Source of the DNA: a bacterium
GTDB taxonomy: Bacteria; RUG730
Length of the DNA stretch: 64,000 bases
Assembly: GCA_031551405.1 (NCBI GenBank)
Contig: JAVBNQ010000006.1
Location: forward strand, 1 to 64,000
Reading direction: 5' to 3'
Part shown: positions 60,117 through 64,000 of the stretch, one piece after another
How the letters are laid out: the number at the start of each line of letters is the position of its first letter
Numbering within the stretch: position 1 is the first letter of the stretch
The notes under the pieces: generated by a model
What the model was told of the DNA's origin: nothing
Databases searched by the model: none
What the model saw: only the letters and a program-made list of their open reading frames with translations
Made by a program: the position numbers and the translations under genes

Positions 60117-61922
60117 ATGGCAAAACTAACACATATACGAAATTTTTCAATAATTGCGCATATTGATCACGGTAAATCCACGATTGCAGATCGCATACTC
60201 GAGATAACAGACACTGTGCCAAAACGCAAAATGAAGGAACAGCTTTTGGATGCGATGGAGCTCGAGCGCGAACGAGGCATCACAATCAAAGCAAAATCCG
60301 TTAAAATAAAATACAAACACAAAGATGGAAACGAGTATATTCTGAATCTGATCGATACGCCGGGGCATGTTGATTTTACTTATGAAGTCTCGAAATCATT
60401 GCAGGCATGCGAAGGCGTTTTGCTTGTTGTTGACGCGAGTCAAGGGATAGAGGCTCAAACTTTTGCGAATATGCACTTGGCAGAAGAAAATAATCTCGTC
60501 GTCATTCCGGTATTAAACAAAATCGATCTCCCTAGTGCTGATATTGAAGGTACGATCAAACAAATTGATGAGAATTTTTTGCTTGGCATAGAGCCGATTT
60601 TGGTCAGTGGGAAAACAGGGAAAGGGATTCCAGACGTTTTGGATTCGATTATCGAGAATATTCCAGCACCAGAAGGAAGCGAGGGCGAGCCGTTATCAGC
60701 TCTTTTGATAGATTCGGTTTACGATTCTTATCGAGGAGTTGTCGTATACGTCAGGATGATAAACGGAATTTTAAAGGCCGGAATGAAAATCAAGATGATG
60801 TCAAACTCCGACGAATACGAGGTTTTGGAAGTCGGATATTTGGGAATTGAGCTTGAGAAATTTGACGCAATTTTAGCAGGAGAAGTCGGCTACGTAATAG
60901 CAAATATCAAAAACGTTCACTCGATCAAAATTGGCGATACAATTACTGATTCGCTCAGGCCAACCGAAAAACCGCTTCCTGGTTATAAAGTCATCCAGCC
61001 GTTTGTTTTCGTCGGGCTTTACCCGATAAATACTACGGACTATGATCCGCTCCGTCAGGCTTTGGAAAAATTACGATTAAACGACTCGTCGTTTTTTTAT
61101 CAGCCGGAAACCTCAAAAGCTCTCGGTTTTGGTTTTAGATGCGGATTTTTAGGGCTCTTGCACATGGATATCATCAAGGAACGTCTGCAGCGAGAATATA
61201 ATCTTGAGCTTTTGATCACTGCGCCAAACGTGATTTATAAAGTCAAAGCTTTAGACGGGACAATTTATGAAATCGATAGTCCGTCGAAACTGCCAAGTGT
61301 TCGCGAGTATTCGGAAGTGCAAGAACCATTTATTAAAGCGACTATTATCGCGCCGTCGGAGATGGTTGGCAGCATTATTCAGCTTTGTCAGGAAAAACGT
61401 GGAATTTCGATTGACATAAAATTTTTAAGCGAAACAAAAACGATCATTACATACGAACTACCGCTTGCTGAGATTTTGTACGATTTTTACGATAAACTTA
61501 AGTCGATTTCAAAAGGGCATGCGTCTTTTGACTACGAATATATTGGCTCTCGATCATCGGATCTTGTTAGGCTTGAGATTTTGATAAATAGCGAAGAAGT
61601 CGACGCGCTAGCTTTTATGTGTCATAAGGATAACGCTTATTATCAAGGACGCGCATTGATCGAGAAATTGCGGCATATAATTCCTCGGCAGATGTTCGAG
61701 GTCCCGCTGCAGGCTAGAGTCAACGGAAAATTCATTGTTCGCGAAAATATTAAAGCTGTCAGAAAAGATGTTTTGGCAAAATGCTATGGCGGCGATATCT
61801 CTCGAAAACGAAAATTGCTGGAAAAACAAAAAGAAGGCAAAAAAAAGATGAAGCAGCTCGGAAGAATTTCAATTCCGCAAGAAGCGTTCAGCGCAGTTTT
61901 GTCATTAGAAGGAGAAAAATAA
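60117..61922 (+). CDS. lepA: Elongation factor 4
   Basis: RNFSIIAHIDHGKST, DTPGHVDF, GFRCGFLGLLH, KCYGGDISRKRKLLEKQKEGK. Confidence 0.98.
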   Translation: MAKLTHIRNFSIIAHIDHGKSTIADRILEITDTVPKRKMKEQLLDAMELERERGITIKAKSVKIKYKHKDGNEYILNLIDTPGHVDFTYEVSKSLQACEGVLLVVDASQGIEAQTFANMHLAEENNLVVIPVLNKIDLPSADIEGTIKQIDENFLLGIEPILVSGKTGKGIPDVLDSIIENIPAPEGSEGEPLSALLIDSVYDSYRGVVVYVRMINGILKAGMKIKMMSNSDEYEVLEVGYLGIELEKFDAILAGEVGYVIANIKNVHSIKIGDTITDSLRPTEKPLPGYKVIQPFVFVGLYPINTTDYDPLRQALEKLRLNDSSFFYQPETSKALGFGFRCGFLGLLHMDIIKERLQREYNLELLITAPNVIYKVKALDGTIYEIDSPSKLPSVREYSEVQEPFIKATIIAPSEMVGSIIQLCQEKRGISIDIKFLSETKTIITYELPLAEILYDFYDKLKSISKGHASFDYEYIGSRSSDLVRLEILINSEEVDALAFMCHKDNAYYQGRALIEKLRHIIPRQMFEVPLQARVNGKFIVRENIKAVRKDVLAKCYGGDISRKRKLLEKQKEGKKKMKQLGRISIPQEAFSAVLSLEGEK

Positions 61923-62687
61923 ATGAGTTTTGCAGAAATTAGCATGGAACAAAAGGTTTTAGCTATCGGGCTTATTTTGATAGCTGCGAGGTTTAGCTTA
62001 AAACTTATTTTGAAAAAAACGTATAAAGAGTCCATAAAAAAGTTTTTTGTTGAAATTTTAGATTGGGTTAATACGGCTCTCGGCGCTCTGATGATCGCGT
62101 TTTTGGTGATGTATTTTGTGTTTCAAGCATTCAAAATTCCGTCTGAGTCGATGCTAAACACAATGCGGATTGGCGATCATTTGTTCGTGAATAAATTTGT
62201 TTTTGGAACGAGGCTCCCTGTTCTCTCGACGAATCAGACCGGAAGCGGAGTGAAAATCGGAAATAAATATTTTAATGTGAAAATGAAACGGTTCTTCGTG
62301 AAAAAAGAGCCGAAACGAGGAGAGATGATCGTTTTTGCGTTTCCTGAAGACACGTCGAAAGATTTTATAAAAAGATGTATTGGGCTTTCGGGTGATAAAA
62401 TTGAGATTGTCGATAAAGTTTTATATGTTAACGACGTGAAACAAGACGAGCCTTATGTAATTCACACTGACGATAGGATTTTTAAGAAAGAGGCTTTTGT
62501 TCCGTCTAATTTTATCAAACGTGATAATTTCGGGCCGGTGATTGTGCCAAAGGATACGTATTTTGTTATGGGTGATAACAGAGACAATAGTTATGATTCG
62601 AGATTTTGGGGTTTTCTCGATAAAAATTATTTGAAAGGAAAACCTGCGATGGTTTTTTGGCCGCTCAAGCGAATTAGATTTGTGTGA
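61923..62687 (+). CDS. lepB: Signal peptidase I
   Basis: IPSESM (Ser), DFIKRCIG (Lys), MGDNRDNSYDSRFWG. Confidence 0.95.
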   Translation: MSFAEISMEQKVLAIGLILIAARFSLKLILKKTYKESIKKFFVEILDWVNTALGALMIAFLVMYFVFQAFKIPSESMLNTMRIGDHLFVNKFVFGTRLPVLSTNQTGSGVKIGNKYFNVKMKRFFVKKEPKRGEMIVFAFPEDTSKDFIKRCIGLSGDKIEIVDKVLYVNDVKQDEPYVIHTDDRIFKKEAFVPSNFIKRDNFGPVIVPKDTYFVMGDNRDNSYDSRFWGFLDKNYLKGKPAMVFWPLKRIRFV

Positions 62688-62767
62688 AAGTCATTCAGAC
62701 CGGGAATGAAGTTCCGATTCAAAGTTGTTAAGCAAAATTATACGTCGCAAAATGCTTGAGGCTCCGA

Positions 62768-63913
62768 ATGAAAGCTTTTAAAGGACTTTATATTCACATT
62801 CCTTTTTGTAAAAGCAAATGTATTTATTGTGATTTTTTATCGTTTTCCAGTGATGAAAAAGTTGACGAATATTTGAAAAGTTTAGTGTTTGAAGCTAGGT
62901 TTTATGAAGGCGAGAAAATTTTCACGCTTTTTATTGGCGGCGGAACTCCGTCTCTTTTGAATGTTAAACAACTGCGGTTTTTAATCTCAGGAATTTCAAA
63001 AATTTTTGACTTTTCTGAGCTTGAGGAATTCACGATCGAGGCAAATCCCGAGAGCTTGGACGCGCAAAAGATTGAGTTTTTGACTGATAACGAATTTTTG
63101 AAAGTAACGCGTTTTAGCCTCGGACTTCAGGCTTTTGACGATGAGATTTTGCAAAAAATCGGTAGGCTTTACACTTACAAATTTTTTACGCAAAAATTGA
63201 AAGAATTGCGCGATTTTGGCGCGAAAAACATAAATGTGGACTTGATTGCGGGCTGGAATTTTGGCGGCTACAATAAAGCTTTTTTGAAGAAATTTGACGA
63301 ATTTCTTGGGAAATTTTATCCGGAACATCTTTCGCTTTATTTGCTGACGATAGCAGAAAATACGAAATTGCAAGACATGATTTGTTCTGAAAAATATATG
63401 GAGCTTGATCCGGATTCAATGATTGATTTGTTCCACGCGTCGCTAGATTTACTAAAAAGCAAAAATTATTCACACTACGAAATTTCGAATTTTGCGAGAA
63501 ATGGAAATTTTTGTAAGCATAACTTGGGATATTGGAAGCGACGAGACTACATTGGGCTTGGGCTTGGAAGTTCTGGATTTTTGCAAGGCGTTCGTTATAA
63601 GAATCCGAATTTTTTCCCTGATTATTTTGAGATGGTTCGTTCGAAAAATTTTGAAAAATATCGAGAGATCGAAGTTTTAAGTGAAAAAGAAAATTTTGAG
63701 GAATATGTAATGCTAGGACTCAGGTTGCTTTATGTCGGAATAGATTTGGATTTTATTCGAGAAAATTTTACGATTAACTTTGAAAAATTCTACGAAAAAA
63801 TTCGTTTTTTTGAAAACGAAAAATATTTGATTAGGCAGAAAAATAAAATCTTGATGACCGAAAAAGGAATCTGTTTGCAAAATTCTTTGTTGACTGAAAT
63901 TTTAGAAATTTAA
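62768..63913 (+). CDS. hemW: Radical SAM heme chaperone HemW (HemN-like)
   Basis: YIHIPFCKSKCIYCDF, GGGTPS, EANP, HYEISNF, HNLGYW. Confidence 0.88.
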   Translation: MKAFKGLYIHIPFCKSKCIYCDFLSFSSDEKVDEYLKSLVFEARFYEGEKIFTLFIGGGTPSLLNVKQLRFLISGISKIFDFSELEEFTIEANPESLDAQKIEFLTDNEFLKVTRFSLGLQAFDDEILQKIGRLYTYKFFTQKLKELRDFGAKNINVDLIAGWNFGGYNKAFLKKFDEFLGKFYPEHLSLYLLTIAENTKLQDMICSEKYMELDPDSMIDLFHASLDLLKSKNYSHYEISNFARNGNFCKHNLGYWKRRDYIGLGLGSSGFLQGVRYKNPNFFPDYFEMVRSKNFEKYREIEVLSEKENFEEYVMLGLRLLYVGIDLDFIRENFTINFEKFYEKIRFFENEKYLIRQKNKILMTEKGICLQNSLLTEILEI

Positions 63914-63955
63914 GCTTTGTAATTATACGAGGCAATTTATTAAAAGGATAAAAAG

Positions 63956-64000
63956 ATGATAGTAAAAGAAGGTTTGTTAATAATCAAGTTTTTTGTATTT
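63956..64000 (+). CDS. 5' end of a CDS cut by the window edge, possibly phosphatidylserine decarboxylase family
   Basis: AAGGA SD then MIVKEGLLIIKFFVF; MIxKEG followed by a hydrophobic stretch resembles Psd-family N-termini, only 15 aa visible. Confidence 0.35.
   Translation, partial: MIVKEGLLIIKFFVF

Overview
AT-rich, gene-dense core-chromosome segment of a diderm, probably anaerobic bacterium (LPS genes waaA/GT9/lptE, lnt, a class III RNR-type glycyl-radical motif, cobalamin-binding MetH; PorV-like barrel and overall gene style are reminiscent of Elusimicrobiota or a related candidate lineage, which is inference only). About 50 CDS, mostly housekeeping (queH, hisS, glgC, tilS, mfd, two parvulins, ttcA, rodZ, groES/EL, pyrRBC, rimO-pgsA-pgpA, secA, lnt, murG, holA, rbfA, guaA, murA, aroQ, uppS-cdsA, lepA-lepB-hemW), four tRNAs, a CIRCE-like operator and several terminators. 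No transposase, integrase, reverse transcriptase or CRISPR array was seen. The most interesting signals are: (1) an adjacent serine-palmitoyltransferase-like + ceramide-synthase-like GNAT gene pair suggesting sphingolipid synthesis; (2) a GC-rich structured non-coding island upstream of queH with partial cobalamin-riboswitch-like motifs; (3) a ~370-bp multi-hairpin intergenic element closed by terminal inverted repeats between lnt and a MotB/OmpA lipoprotein; (4) a stand-alone ~100-aa NrdD-type glycyl-radical domain; (5) signs of an ~11-kb inversion that split lemA from its TPM partner. All functional calls are from motif recognition by eye; no database search was run.
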